From assembly GCA_951406725.2 (NCBI GenBank), contig OX597835.1, positions 6,138,001-6,202,000 of the forward strand: 64,000 nucleotides of DNA. Direction: 5' to 3'. The position numbers were made by a program, and so were the translations under genes. The notes below the pieces were generated by a model, which saw only the letters and a list, made by a program, of their open reading frames with translations, did no database searches and was not told where the DNA came from. Source of the DNA: Octopus vulgaris. Its lineage: Eukaryota. Positions 11,714 through 25,530 of this stretch are shown one piece after another. Position 1 is the first letter of the stretch; every line of letters starts with the position of its first letter.

Positions 11714-14700
11714 GGGTTAACTTCGGTGACAGACTGGCAGGGCTGTAAGAGGGTTGGACAAATAACTTGTATTCCGTTCCAGTCCTTCTGGTTGCTAAAA
11801 CCTGCCGACATTGACTTTACTTTCCCTCATTTCGTTCAGACCGAAGAAGAATCGATCTTTCTCGTTTGTGATTCGTATAATTCGTTTGCGTTCTTTAAAC
11901 TACAGATTCCACTCCATTGAATTCTTGAAAAGAACTAGTTGGACTTTAAAACAATTTTTATATTTATATGTTTTTATATTCGTGTTCATCTCGCCACTAA
12001 GTATACCATTATATAACTATACCATATATAACCGTTCTACTCGCCATTTCCTTCAAAATAAAAACGGTAAATGTTTAACTTAAAGTTTGCAACATTTTGT
12101 TCTGTCGTTTTTTAATTGTAATTGTATTTCCATTCTCGAATGACCTCGTCATCTCGACCAATAATCAAATCCGAAACCAAACTTTCGGCTGCATTCTCAG
12201 TCGAAACCGTACCTACAGCAAATGGACGGGGGTGAAATATTCAGGATGTTACCCGAGTTGTCACTTCCATTTTTATAAAGACGGTTGAATATGATTTGGG
12301 AGAGAATTTTTCACTCCTGTTTCTAGCAAGTGAAGTCGCAAGTAGAATTTCCCTCACTGGTTCGATATTAGTGACCAACTAAAAGAGGTAAGCTGGCAGT
12401 GTCGGCAGAGAGTCGGACACAATTCCTAACGCTCTTGGTTCAAATATAGTGCGGTTTACTTTACTTCGCCATTCCGGGTTCATTTCAATACGAGTCGGTC
12501 GTTATTGCTATTCGTATAATTGTGGTTCGATGTATTTCACTTGTTTATGGTGACCCCAAATGGTGTTTAGTAACGAACATTTGCCGAACCCCTACACCGC
12601 TGAACAATGCACATGAGATCATCATAACTATCCGCTGGTATTCAGTTGCCTCAAAAGAAATGTCGCTTTTGCTTCGTAAGTTCAAATGTTATGAAAATAT
12701 TTTGTTTGTGGTTAGAATACATTTCTAGTTTTTTTTCAACCAATTTCCGTCGCTAGTCTCGTGAAATTGTTCTAAACTCCTGGGAGCGAGTGAGACGCTC
12801 TTTGCGATGTATAAAATCTGATCATTGTCACATAATAGTCAAATATCCATTTTAAACTACATACTTGTTCTCTTGAAATAAGGACCCGTTGAATATATCA
12901 AGGTGTTCGTATATAATAACCATTCCGTTTAAAACCAACTGAAATTTCAAAAATAACAATTGAAGATTAGTAGCACTATTTGAAGAATACGGTTTGATAT
13001 GTTTGCCAACAGTTTCTCTACACAACGCAACACCTTCCAAAATCCAGCCTTGGATATTTACAGTATTTTGAGCAGGGTAGTAGTCTTGTTTTGTAGACTT
13101 GTAATTTGACAAATCTTTTTGTAAAGAAACTGGTCATCAGAGTGGCCATGTACCGTTAAACCCACGCCTAATCTACCGATAATTCCATTTTAAACCTAAT
13201 AAGGGCAGGTTCTCCATGTACTAGTTATTTTAATTGCTGTTAACATAAATCCTGCATTTTCATTAATATAAGAACTTTATTGACACTGCATAAGATTTTC
13301 ATTAAAGTAGGGAGCTTATGGACACCATATATAGTCTTAATTCTGAAGAAGGTGGAAAGACTCATTTTTGACCTATAGTCTCCTCATTCGGTACTGACAT
13401 AAAATAATCACCACCTGGAGTTCTACAAAAGTTTGATATGGGAAATAATTTCGATAAAGTAATCCAGGCGTGTCAGGAGGACGGACACTAATCGAGAAAA
13501 TGAAACCTAAAACGCGTTAGATTTTGAAGTTATTGTATCTGAGTTCAAATCACATCGGGTTCCACTTCATTAATGATTGCGTACTTCCATGTATATCTCT
13601 ACCCAAGCGGGTGGGGTTCACCTTTTATAGGTAATGTAAAAACAAAACATTAAAATGAGAGGTTCTAAAAGCTAGTTCTGGGTAGGGTTTAATCAAAACG
13701 AAAACAAAGTTGAATATCGTAAATGAAATTATTTGATATTTTAATTAACTTAATAAAATTAAAATAAGGAAGAGAACTGTATATTAATTTATCAATTACT
13801 TCAAAAATCCAGAAACTCTCCCAAACAACCCGAAATAAGTTTCGTATTCACTGAATTTCTTTTCCAAGTCGATTCTTGACGTCAACAGAGCAAAAATCAA
13901 TAGATCATTGGTTTGAATGCTATCAGGAATGGGGGGGGGTAGAAGTAATACTTGGCAATGTTTATGCAAATAGCATCAATTAATCAATCTCAATAGAACA
14001 TCTTGCTTATTTTATAAGTCTTTTTATTAGTCCCTTTGATAAGCACAATGTTATTTGGTTTGATTTAAATCTGAAATCTTAGTCGCGGCGTCGGAATCAA
14101 CTTGGGTTCAATAAAAATGTTTGACACTTACTCACAGACCTGTTGTCTCCTTAGATTTTTTTCTTCCCTTTATTGTTGTTGACAACAACTTTACAGTTAT
14201 TTTCTCAATGGCATCTAATTTACAACCCTTCACTCGAGATTCTTTTTATGAACAGACCAAATATTCAGTCACCGTTTACTCAATAAATATTCTTAAGATG
14301 GTTTATTTAAGCGGGAGATGTCAATTATATTCCCTGCCTTTGTTGTGTATTTTTAATAAGTGGTATCAAATCTTATTAGATATTTGAAAAGATATTCAAA
14401 ACAATAAATTTACAAACGAAATCGTATAAGAGATGAAATTGAAGAAAAAAATTCGACATTGATATTTATATCATTTGGTAGAGATCTAATGTTAACAAGT
14501 TCCTAGGTTACGTGTATGTGTGTCTTATGCACTTATGCAGTGTACTTTTTCATTATTGAATCAATTCATTATGTGAGAAACACAGACGATAGATTATCAG
14601 AATCATTGAACTCTTGAACAAAATGATTTGCTCTATTTATTACAGCTCTTTATATTCTGAGCTCAAATTTCGCAGTGGTGACCTTTTACTCTTTTAAGTT

Positions 14701-16627
14701 CCGTAGTCGGTAATATTAAGGACCAGAGTAAATTTAATCGATTTATGTTAAGGTTTTCCGAACCTCCTCACACAAAATACTACAACTGAGACTACAATCG
14801 CTTAAAAATCTGCTTGCACTTTAAGGGTGGATGAAGGTCCAAATATCTCAATTAACCAAATGTTCCTGCGGGAAGAGACTCCTAAGTTGTTGTTTTTTAT
14901 GACAATGATAAAACATTGTCACATAAGGCAACCACAGCCTCGACAATGTGGTAGCTGTAGAGACAGGGGTTGCAGCAGGGGTGTGCTAGTACTCATTTTC
15001 AGCTGAGTAGAATGGACCAATATGAGATGAGATTCCTTGTACAAAGAGATAGCACACTGCCTGTTCAGCAACTGAAACCACAACCTTACAATCGGGAGCC
15101 GAAAACGGGCCATCATGCTCTGTGTGTGTGTTTTGTATTATATCAATATGTATAAAATATGGATTATAAGCTATACCTCTTCAGAACGGTAACCCTAATC
15201 AGCTTCATCCTTGGTACATATGAAGGGGATATTCTGAAAGGGTTTAGCCGAACTAAACGACCCTAATGCTTGTTTCAAATCTGATACTTATTCATTAAGT
15301 TTGTTCGAACTCTTGATAAAAGCAAACCTTGCGCTGGAATTGTAATCAATGCTTATCTTACATAGAACATATTTCAAGCTTCATGCTGAACACAAGGTTA
15401 TATTTTTGGGCTTTATAGTATTTTTTTTTAACATAAAGCAAAGAAAAACCATCTGTGTGTGTGTTTAGGTGGATCAGAAGGAATCTGTATGGCTGTGTTC
15501 AATGTAGTAAGGTGAGATAATGTTTCTGTGCAGATGTGTTGAAAATCCGCTCTTCTATCGAGAAAGTGAGAGTATTTTGTATAAGATATGGAATAAATAA
15601 AATAAAACAGGAAAGACCTGATGACTGTAGAAAAATATTCCGATCGAACTGTTATTGCAGAAAATTCGATAAGTACAGTCACTCTTTGTATCATTTCTCC
15701 TCTGTTTCTTATAACAACACTTTATTTGGCTGTAAGCTTTTCTTTTAACAAGAACTGGACAGATTTTCTTTCCCCCAAAGAAGAATTCAATTTTCTGTTG
15801 GAACATAAAGACCTCATGAGGGAGATATGTCACCTTTTAACTAACGTAGACTAGAAATAAGAAACACGAGAGATTGGATTTAAAATAAAGAAAATCCAAT
15901 TATCTTTTAAACTTTTCTACATACTTAACTTTCAAGAATTCAACCCGCCTACCTTTATAGTACTACATGTGATAGTATCTTATCTGTTTTTTATTACCTC
16001 TATAAAAAGCGACAGCGCTGTCAATTTCACAATTGTTACGTTAGTGTTCTGTACTAGTATTGATTTCTGCCAACGTTAACTAAATACTCTATAATATATG
16101 ACATTCACAGATTTCTAAATTGATAGACTCAATGGCCATAACATGACAGTTTCCATTGCAACATTCATCATTATATATTCTTCTAATGGTTTTAGTTACT
16201 GGACAACGGCCAGACTGGAGTAGCATCTTTTAAACACCATGACGTAGACGGGTAGTTATTCTTTACCCTTCCTGATGCAAGGTGCAGTGGTAAAAACCTA
16301 TCCGTCTTGTAAATAGGCATAACTACTGAAGAACACACTTCTATATTTTTTGCTCCACGCACCGATTTTTCAGGCTCCCACCGATTCGCAAATCTATAAA
16401 GTATACAGCAGGGACTGCGTTCAATTTCCACAGCCTTACAACTATTTCTGTCTCCCCTTATGCACATACATATTGTACATGCGTATACATTCATTTATCT
16501 TTAACTTCTTTCAATCATTGGACTGCGCCCATGCCGTGGCAGCACCTTGAAGGGTTTGGGTCGAACGAATCGACCCCCAGTACTTATTACTCTTGGTACT
16601 TATTCTATCGGTACTTATTCTATCGGT

Positions 16628-17000
16628 CGGTGTTCGGGCTAAATTTCACGGTAGTTATGTCTATTTCTTTCAAGAACAGCTTGATGTATCGGTCAACAGT
16701 CAATGCCTTTGGAGAACATAAAGGTTAGAGTTGTAGTTGAGAAAGAATTAGTTGACATGGAGGACTGGAAGCCATCTGAATACTGGAAGAGGGTAATCTG
16801 TATCATGATGATCGGTGCTGGGTACCGAAATGTCAATATTATGACTGTTGCTCAATGCTCAGTGAACACTGTAAAGGCTGTGAGATGTGACATAGACATC
16901 TACTACGAAGCTGTGACCAGCAAGAAGAGACACAACGGGAATTCTGGCTGCGTTCGCACGCCAGCATTCATCCAGAATCTGGTGAACAGAGTATTTGGGT
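16628..17000 (+). pseudogene. Tc1/mariner-superfamily transposase N-terminal remnant (possibly DD37D/maT-like)
   Basis: From ATG 16757: MEDWKPSEYWKRVICIMMIGAG...AQCSVNTVKAVR...KKRHN...CVRTPAFIQ, a transposase-type HTH region. GGTGTTCGGGCTAAATT near 16629 looks like a TIR remnant. Confidence 0.6.
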
Positions 17001-17350
17001 CAATTTAGACATTGCAGAAGCTCAGTATTAATGGTTAAGAAAATTATACCACAATCATAGAGACTATTATACTCAGTGGGTGCAATTAAGAATGCAAATT
17101 TACCCTGAAACCAACTCATACCAACAAATGGATCCTTTCACTTTTGGAGACATCCATTAAATTTGGATAAACTTTGTCATGTCAGTCAATAAATTCCAAG
17201 ATCAAACATTGGCAACTCTAAGACTGAAGCTCGAGGAATTCTTCATTGTAGGACACCAAAGCCTTGTGAGTTGGAAGCCATTATAATTTATTTGTTTCTG
17301 CTTGTAAAACCCAAATCATTGTTTAACCGGAATTACTGGCACAATAATAT

Positions 17351-17733
17351 TTGGAAGCACTCCGTCGGTTACGACGACGAGGGTTCCTGTTGATCCGATC
17401 AACGGAACAGCCTGCTCGTGAAATTAACGTGTAAGTGGCTGAGCACTCCACAGACACGTGTACCCTTAACGTAGTTCTCGGGGATATTGAGCGTGACACA
17501 GAGAGTGACAAGGCCGGCCCTTTGAAATACAGGTACAACAGAAACAGGAAGTAAGAGTGAGAGAAAGTTGTGGCGAAAGAGTACAGCAGGGATCACCACC
17601 ATCCCCTGCCGGAGCCTCGTGGAGCTTTAGGTGATTTCGCTCAATAAACACTCACAACGCCCGGTCTGGGAATCGAAACCGCGATCCTACGACCGCGAGT
17701 CCGCTGCCCTAACCACTGGGCCATTGCGCCTCC
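17351..17733 (-). mobile_element. Full-length family A SINE with 13-bp TSD
   Basis: TSD GGCACAATAATAT at 17338-17350 and 17734-17746. tRNA-like head at the 17733 end; tail ...GTAACCGACGGAGTGCTTCC. Confidence 0.92.
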
Positions 17734-18358
17734 GGCACAATAATATACAGAACTGTCGAAGCTATGATGGGTACAGGTCTTATATCTTACATGAAACCTG
17801 TATCCATCATAATAAACTGGGATTCATTGTGACTAGTAACATTTCTTTAACACAGCATATATTACACTTCCAGTCTTTTATTGAGTCGCTTTTCTTCTGG
17901 GTTCTTCGGTTCCCTGTCGTTTATAAGAATGGTTTTATTACAAAGAGAGACCTCCCTCCCCACACCCCGTTTTCCACTCATTTTTCAAATTATTTTAAGA
18001 GTTGATAAATTTCAAGAATACAAACAAAGCAAATATCAATAATAGTTTCAAGTGAAATATGACTGTTTTCACATTTACTTTAATACCGTGTTATTAAAAC
18101 TGCTTCAATTAAAATGTAATTTACACAATTAATTTTCGAAATATATTATTAATATCGAATGTGTATCTGCAGCTTAGTGCAGGGTCACGAGACTGCTATA
18201 AGCGAAGTAGAAAGCAAATTCATTTCTTAAATGAACGGAAACTTTCCATGATATATTCACTTGTGAACTATTAAGCCGATTATGCCTCACTATGTAGAAA
18301 TCTAGACTATTTATAGCTATTTTTCAACTTGGACTACACTAGGTATTCTTCTAGTACG

Positions 18359-18428
<70 letters not shown>

Positions 18429-18443
18429 CATAGGCGCAGGCAT

Positions 18444-18829
18444 CGTGGCATTCCGTCAGTTACGACGACGAGAGTTCCAGTTGATCCCTTCAACGGAACA
18501 GCCTGCTCGTGAAATTAACGTGTAAGTGGCTGAGCACTCCACAGACACGTATACCCTTAACGTAGTTCTCGGGGATATTCAGCGTGACACAGAGAGTGAC
18601 AAGGCCGGCCCTTTGAAATACAGGTACAACAGAAACAGGAAGAAAGAGTGAGAGAAAGTTGTGGTGAAAGAGTACAGCAGGGTTCACCACAACCTTCTAC
18701 CGGAGACTCGTGGAGCTTTTAGGTGTTTTCGCTCAATAAACACTCACAACACTCGGCTTGGGAATCGAAACTGAGACCCCCCACGACTGCGAGTCCGCTG
18801 CCCTAACCACTGGGCAATTGCACCTCCAC
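18444..18829 (-). mobile_element. Family A SINE inserted into the 5' end of a family B SINE, 11-bp TSD
   Basis: TSD GGCGCAGGCAT at 18433-18443 and 18830-18840. Confidence 0.9.
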
Positions 18830-19250
18830 GGCGCAGGCATAGCTCTGTGGTAAGAAGCTTGCTTCCCAACCACATGGTTCCGAGTTCAGTCCCACTACGT
18901 GATACCTTGGGCAAGTGTTTCTATATATATATATATAGCCTCGGGTCGACCAAAGCCTTATGACTGGATTTGGTAGAAGGAAACTGAAAGAAGCCAGTCG
19001 TATTTATATGTGTGTGTGTGTGTGTGTGTGTGTGATTCTGTGTTTGTCTCACTGTCCCTGCTTAACAACCAGTGTTGGTGTGTTTACGTCTCCGTAACTT
19101 AGCTGTTCGGCAAAAAAAGTCGATAGAATACGTACTAGGATTTTTAAAAAATAAGTCCTGGAGTCGATTTGTTCGACTGAAAACCCATCAAGGGGTGCTC
19201 CGGCATGGCCGCAGTCAAATGATTGTAACAAGTAAAAGAACAAAAGAATA
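18830..19250 (+). mobile_element. Family B SINE (tRNA head, CORE-like block, internal microsatellite, ...GAAACAAGTAAAAGA tail)
   Basis: GGCGCAGG...TGTGGTAAGAAGCTTGCTTCCCAACCACATGGTTCCG.GTTCAGTCCC head; colinear with the copies at 23358, 45688, 55364 and 56418. Confidence 0.88.
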
Positions 19251-19691
19251 TATGTATATATGAAATCAATTACAGCCTCAACAACGAACTGTGATTTTTC
19301 AAAAGCATATCACGAGAAGCAATATTGGTCTGCGACTTCATCACTATATTTGTGTAAAATAGCACAAAAAAATACATAAGAATGATTGATAGTTTTCTGT
19401 GGCTGGTTAACAAAAAATATTAATAAATCTATGAGTGGCTTGAAACTTTTCCAGTATGGACGAATTGAAATAGCACAACATTTTTATTTATAATATCTGG
19501 AAGGCAAAGCAAGAAGTTTGTTGTCTGCAGCAAAACTGACATAGATTATCTCGGATTACAGGTGCGAAATTATTGAATATCTGCTTGCATCACTATACTG
19601 GTGTACATTATATGCTTTTTTCTTTTTTTGTCTCGAACTCAGATGAGTTGCGTCCTATTGTCGACTGCTTCTGCTGTTACTGCTGCTGTTG

Positions 19692-20178
19692 TCTTCTTCT
19701 TCTTCTTCTTCTTCTTCTTCTTCTTCTTCTTCTTCTTCTTCTTCTTCCAATCAGGACCCACGCCATTAGCCACAAAGAATAATCTCTAATTCGAGCCTAC
19801 ACTAAGCTACTAAAAATTGCGTGTGGCAACTTGAAGATCCACCCACCACACGCGATAGACTGGCGGTTGCACGGGTGCCAAAGCTACGTTGTTACCCTCA
19901 TTCCGTAAACGGTGGTTTTTAACGGGTGGAAAGCTGAACCATCCTGGGGTACAGAGGATTCGCAATCTAGACTAGGGTCTGAAAGTTTTACCACACCATA
20001 GTGGGTTACACCATGGTTCCTCTGCTTTGCGGCAGAAGCAGAAAGAAAGAGTGAGAGAAAGTTGTGAGAGTACAGCATAAGAGTACAGCGGGGTTCATCA
20101 CCACCCACCCCCGATGGAGCCTCGTGGAGCTTAGGTGTTTTTGCTCAATAAACACTCACAATGCCTGGTCTGGGAATC
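19692..20178 (-). mobile_element. Family A SINE variant with alternative ~290-bp tail ending in (GAA)n; head truncated
   Basis: Colinear with 34688-35180; (TTC)n tract at the left end. Confidence 0.82.
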
Positions 20179-20465
20179 TTTATGTCGAAATGGAGGGAGA
20201 TTTGGCTGTCATTTTTACCACATCCAGTAGCAGAGTACCCACTACCACCACCACCACTACGCCTTATTGGCTGTAATCCATTATATTGAATGTGTTGATT
20301 ATGCAGCAGATGAGGTGAAAAAGAGGCCGCGCAGTTCACAGAAACCTAATCTATTTGGAAAATGGCCGAATATTTAAACACTTGTTACTAAAGTCTTGCT
20401 TTGAACATATCTGATTATTTCTACTACGTTTAAGTGCTTTATGTTTAAGTGCTTATATGTTTGTT

Positions 20466-20525
<60 letters not shown>

Positions 20526-21130
20526 AGATATTTCAATACCCGACAAGTGAATACTAACGTAGTTGGATACGTGTTTCCAACATCACCAGTCACTAATTCA
20601 CTGTCATTCCGACGGCGATAGTAGTGAGAAGGGAGTGCCAATACATTGAGGCAAAGCAAATATCTAGAACGACTTTAATTAAATTAAAACTGAGAAAGAA
20701 AGTAAAATTACCGGATTTTTTTGCCTTTGAACGACAGATCGAGAAATTAATTTTTTTGTAACTAAACATTTTCAAACTTCGGACACTGGTAGAATGTTTC
20801 AGATAACACATCTTTTACGCTTAGTGTTATTGAGAAAAGTTTATATTTTCAAAGTTATTTCGTGTTAAAGTAGTCGTATTTCGGTAATTTCAACCAATCA
20901 ATGACGTGTATTCAGCTGAATAAAATTACTGCCGTTGTTTGTCAACAACAATCTCAACAACACCAGTGTCCGATGTTTGAAAGTCTTTAGTTATAAAAGA
21001 TGAATTTCTCGATCTGCTGTTTAAAGGGTTAAAGATCCAAATTACCTTCAAAGACACTAAACTTTTGGCGTTACCTATTTGGTATACTTGAATACGTACC
21101 AGGAGCTCTACGTTAAATAGGTTTATATAG

Positions 21131-21515
21131 GGAAGCACTCCGTCGGTTACGACGACGAGTGTTCCGGTTGATCCGATCAACGGAACAGCCTGCTCGTGAA
21201 ATTATCGTGTAAGTGGCTGAGCACTCCACAGACACGTGTACTCTTAACGCAGTTCTCGGGGATATTCAGCGTGACACAGAGAGTAACAAGGCCGGCCCTT
21301 TGAAATACAGATACACCAGAAACAGGAAGTAAGAGTGAGAGAAAGTTGTGGTGAAAGAGTACAGCAGGGATCACCACCATCCCCTGCCGGAGCCTCGCGA
21401 AGCTTTTAGGTGTTTTCGCTCAATAAACACTCACAACGCCCGGTCTGGGAATCGAAACCGCGATCCTACGACCGCGAGTCCGCTGCCCTAACCACTGGGC
21501 CATTGCGCCTCCACG
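21131..21515 (-). mobile_element. Full-length family A SINE with 16-bp TSD
   Basis: TSD AAATAGGTTTATATAG at 21115-21130 and 21516-21531. Confidence 0.92.
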
Positions 21516-22104
21516 AAATAGGTTTATATAGACTTAAACGGTACAATATTTTTAGCTCAACGCTTCTCTTCCCGCCAGCGCATTCAGTCGTTGATTCTAC
21601 CCAAAAGATTCCTTCTGCCGTTGTTCTTCTGCCGAGCTTTCTTCTCTGGTACAACCTCGTAAAACTAAATTAATCGAATGGTTTGTCTTTCTCTTAATTC
21701 CCATCCTTTCTCAATTGTTATCTCCCTCCTGTCCGTAGTGTTTCTAAGCTACAAATTTACTTTATCCTATCATCTCTCTCACCTCTTCTTTGCTTCTCAA
21801 ATAAATATAATCTTTAGTCTTTTAAATCTTGCGTTCATCGTTTTATGATGCTCAGGGCATCTGCTCATTACATGGGATTTCTTTTCTTTTCTTTTTTCTT
21901 TCCGATTTTGTAATAATTGCCAACACACCAAATAGCTACTTGACTCGTTTTATTGCCGGTTACTGGCCGCCTTCTGGAGAATGGCCTCCAACAAATAAGT
22001 AAATGAACTGAATTTTATGTAAATACCTTTTTACGTGTTTCTAAAACTACCTAATTATTGAGTATTGAACTCAGGATACTGTAAACTGTGTAATATGTGA
22101 AAAA

Positions 22105-22164
<60 letters not shown>

Positions 22165-22316
22165 CCGAAATGTATAGTATTAAATATCTATCACGGCTGG
22201 TCTCTCCAATATATATATATATATTGTTGCATCTTGAGAGGGTCAATATATATATATACTGTATATACATAGATTGATAGAAGTAGGTATACAGAAATAT
22301 ACATATATTTGTACGT

Positions 22317-22358
<42 letters not shown>

Positions 22359-23357
22359 TGTCTCTGTGTGTACAGTGAAGCTGCAATAAACAATGTGACA
22401 AATAGATAAAACCAGTTCTTGATACAAACTGGTTCTCTCTTCGATGGAATGGTATTGCATGAAACTTTAAAAAAAAAAAGGGATTTTCGGTGTCTCCAAG
22501 AAACTTTGCTTTAAGAGAATATTTCAGTTATTTCAATTTTATGACAGCGTCGCATGAAAACAGGGATTAGCTAGAAAGACTTAAGGATCCTGTTTCAGGT
22601 AATAAAAATGGTAAGTTAAGTCTAACAATGAAGAATAACGTATTGTCTCCAATCGTAAGCGAACATTCTTTTATAACCGATTATTTACTTATATAAAAGG
22701 CAGAAAGGTTTTGGTTTTTTGGTTTTTTTCTTCAACGGAATGGGATATATGTAATGGAAAATGTATTACTGCGAGCAGAGCGTTTGGTAAGAATCAAGGA
22801 TTAGATAAAGAATTTTACAGGAATAAATATTGTTTCTTTGGTTTTGCTTTTCGTTGCTTTTCTTTTTCAAGTTAAGAGAGAAAAGTCTTGGAGAGAAATA
22901 AGAATATTTTGTCAACAGTTCTTTTTCTAAGAAAGATATCACGATATGCTTCTGGTTTAGATATACCTTGGATATGTCACTTCAATATATCAATCGATTT
23001 AGTTGTAACAATACTGTTGTGAAGACCCCAGGGTTGCCTTGATCGATCAGATCAATGCTGTTCCAGTCGTTATCAAACGACCGTCTTTTACCCCGAATCT
23101 AGAACTAAAAATTCTAGTGTACGTCCTTATACTTTTAAAAAGTAGGAAATGATTTTAGAAAATTTGGTTGACATTTCAAAGTCATTCTTGGATCGATTGA
23201 AATATGTATTATAATAGGATTTATTATATTATATATATATATACAGTTATATATATATATATATATTGGTAAAAACGGTAAGATAACAAAAGAAAGAAAG
23301 AGACCTCAATATTATGTAAATAGAGAAAATTTATCTGTAAATTAATATGTTACCATA

Positions 23358-23758
23358 TAGGAATGGCTGTGTGATAAGTAGCTTGCTTACCAACTACATG
23401 GTTCCGGTTTCAGTCCCACTGCGTGGCAACACGGGCAAGTGTCTTCTACTATAGCCTCGGGCCGACCAAAGCCTTGTGAATGGATTTGATAGACGGAAAC
23501 TGAAAAAAGCACGTCGTATATATATGTGTGTGTGTGTGTGCGTGTGTGTGTATGGTTGTGTGTCTGTGTTTGCGCCCCCCAACATCACTTGACAACCGAT
23601 GCTGGTATGTTTACGTCCCCGTAACTTCGGCAAAAGAGACCGATAGAATAAGTACTAGGCTTACAAAGAATAAGTCCTGGGGGTCGATTTGCTCGACTAA
23701 AGGCGGTGCTCCAGCATGGCCACAGTCAAACGACTGAAACAAGTAAAAGAGTAAAGAG

Positions 23759-23760
<2 letters not shown>
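23358..23760 (+). mobile_element. Family B SINE
   Basis: Colinear with 55364-55822, with internal (TA)(TG)n. Confidence 0.88.
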
Positions 23761-23790
<30 letters not shown>

Positions 23791-24206
23791 CTCCGTTTTA
23801 ACTGCAAATCATACCAGCTGAAAGTATAAATAATGCATATAATGATTTTCTAATACATATCATTTGTAAATGAAAATTTTTAAGCATTTAATCATACCAA
23901 CGACTAAAGAATAACGAGGAAATTTTTGGGAAATATTACACAAACTTCCAGTTTGTGACTGATTTAAATAGCGTTTACTGTTTTGTGATTTTTCGGAAAT
24001 AGCATGTGTAGGGTGCTTGCTCCCTGAAGAATGTAGAATGTTTAATTAATCAAAAAATTGTCGGTCAGTTTCGTTTCTTTTCTGTTTGCGAAGAAAATGT
24101 CAAGATATATTCACATTTCTGTTTATTTTCCACGGCGTATTCATTACACACTGAAGTCTAACCACGCAAACTTTACCTCAGACTTTTTAGTAAATACATG
24201 TGTGCG

Positions 24207-24237
<31 letters not shown>

Positions 24238-24464
24238 GGTAAAAACGGTAAGATAACAAAAGAAAAAAGAGACCTCAATATCATGTAAATAGAGGAAATT
24301 TATCTATAAAATAATATGTTACAATTACTCAATAGTAATATAACGGTATTTTTTCATAGCATTTTTCAGATGGCCAGATAACCGAAGAGATGGTGTTGTG
24401 GATTTCCACTTCGGCATCTGAAACTCAGAGTTTTATCTTGACTATTGAGTAATTGTAACATATC

Positions 24465-24468
<4 letters not shown>
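24238..24468. mobile_element. Penelope-like remnant: 23-bp inverted repeats around a degenerate hammerhead motif; the left part recurs at 23268-23352
   Basis: ATATGTTACAATTACTCAATAGT (24314-24336) / ACTATTGAGTAATTGTAACATAT (24441-24463); AGATAA-CCGAAGA...GAAACTCAGAGTT|TTATCT at 24376-24438. Confidence 0.55.
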
Positions 24469-24507
<39 letters not shown>

Positions 24508-24761
24508 GAAGGTGGCTATACGCAATATAAAACTAAAAAGGAAAAATTCATAAGTCCCTAGTTGGGATACATACGTATATATACATATATATATATACAC
24601 ATATGTGTATATAATGTATAATTATTCATGCATATACATATATATATAAACGTAAATATTTTCATATATTTAATAATATACACTTATTTTCACATGCATA
24701 AATATATATAAATATATATCATATATGAGCATATATGCACGCAAATACTTAAATATATATA

Positions 24762-24814
<53 letters not shown>

Positions 24815-25208
24815 GGGTATATAATTATCTTTGTACGTGTGTGTGTATATATGTATATCCAAGATACTACGTAATGGGACCCAACGCAGAAGGAAGTGGT
24901 TACGAAATGAATTTGTATACCAAGCACTCTGTCACTATGAATCAATCATTTTAAACGCCAACCCCACTTAGCAACAACATATGACCCCTATAACATTGGA
25001 ATGATGTTTCGGTAGGAAGCAGGGGTGGGTTTAGATCCTCCCACCGTGCTATAATTAAAGAGCGTTGGTCGCAACTTGGTTCATTGCTCACCGATTCGTT
25101 GTTTGAGTTTTGAGAATTCTCAAAGAGGCTTTTGTGATCCACTGGTTGTGGCAAGTTGTATCTAATTAGGAGACAGGTGGGGATAAAACGATGCAGAACA
25201 GGAATGAA

Positions 25209-25242
<34 letters not shown>

Positions 25243-25380
25243 AAAGACATAACGAGAATACGAGAGAATTAAAGAACTATAGGAGAAGGGAAAAAGAGGG
25301 GAAATAGAGACAAAGAATTACCTGTGTGTGTGTATGTGTACGTATACATGTATGTGCATGCATGTATATATATATATATG

Positions 25381-25412
<32 letters not shown>

Positions 25413-25495
25413 TGTGTGTATGTATATATATATATATGTGTGTATATATATATATGTATGTATATATATATGTGTGTGTATATATATATATGTAT

Positions 25496-25530
<35 letters not shown>

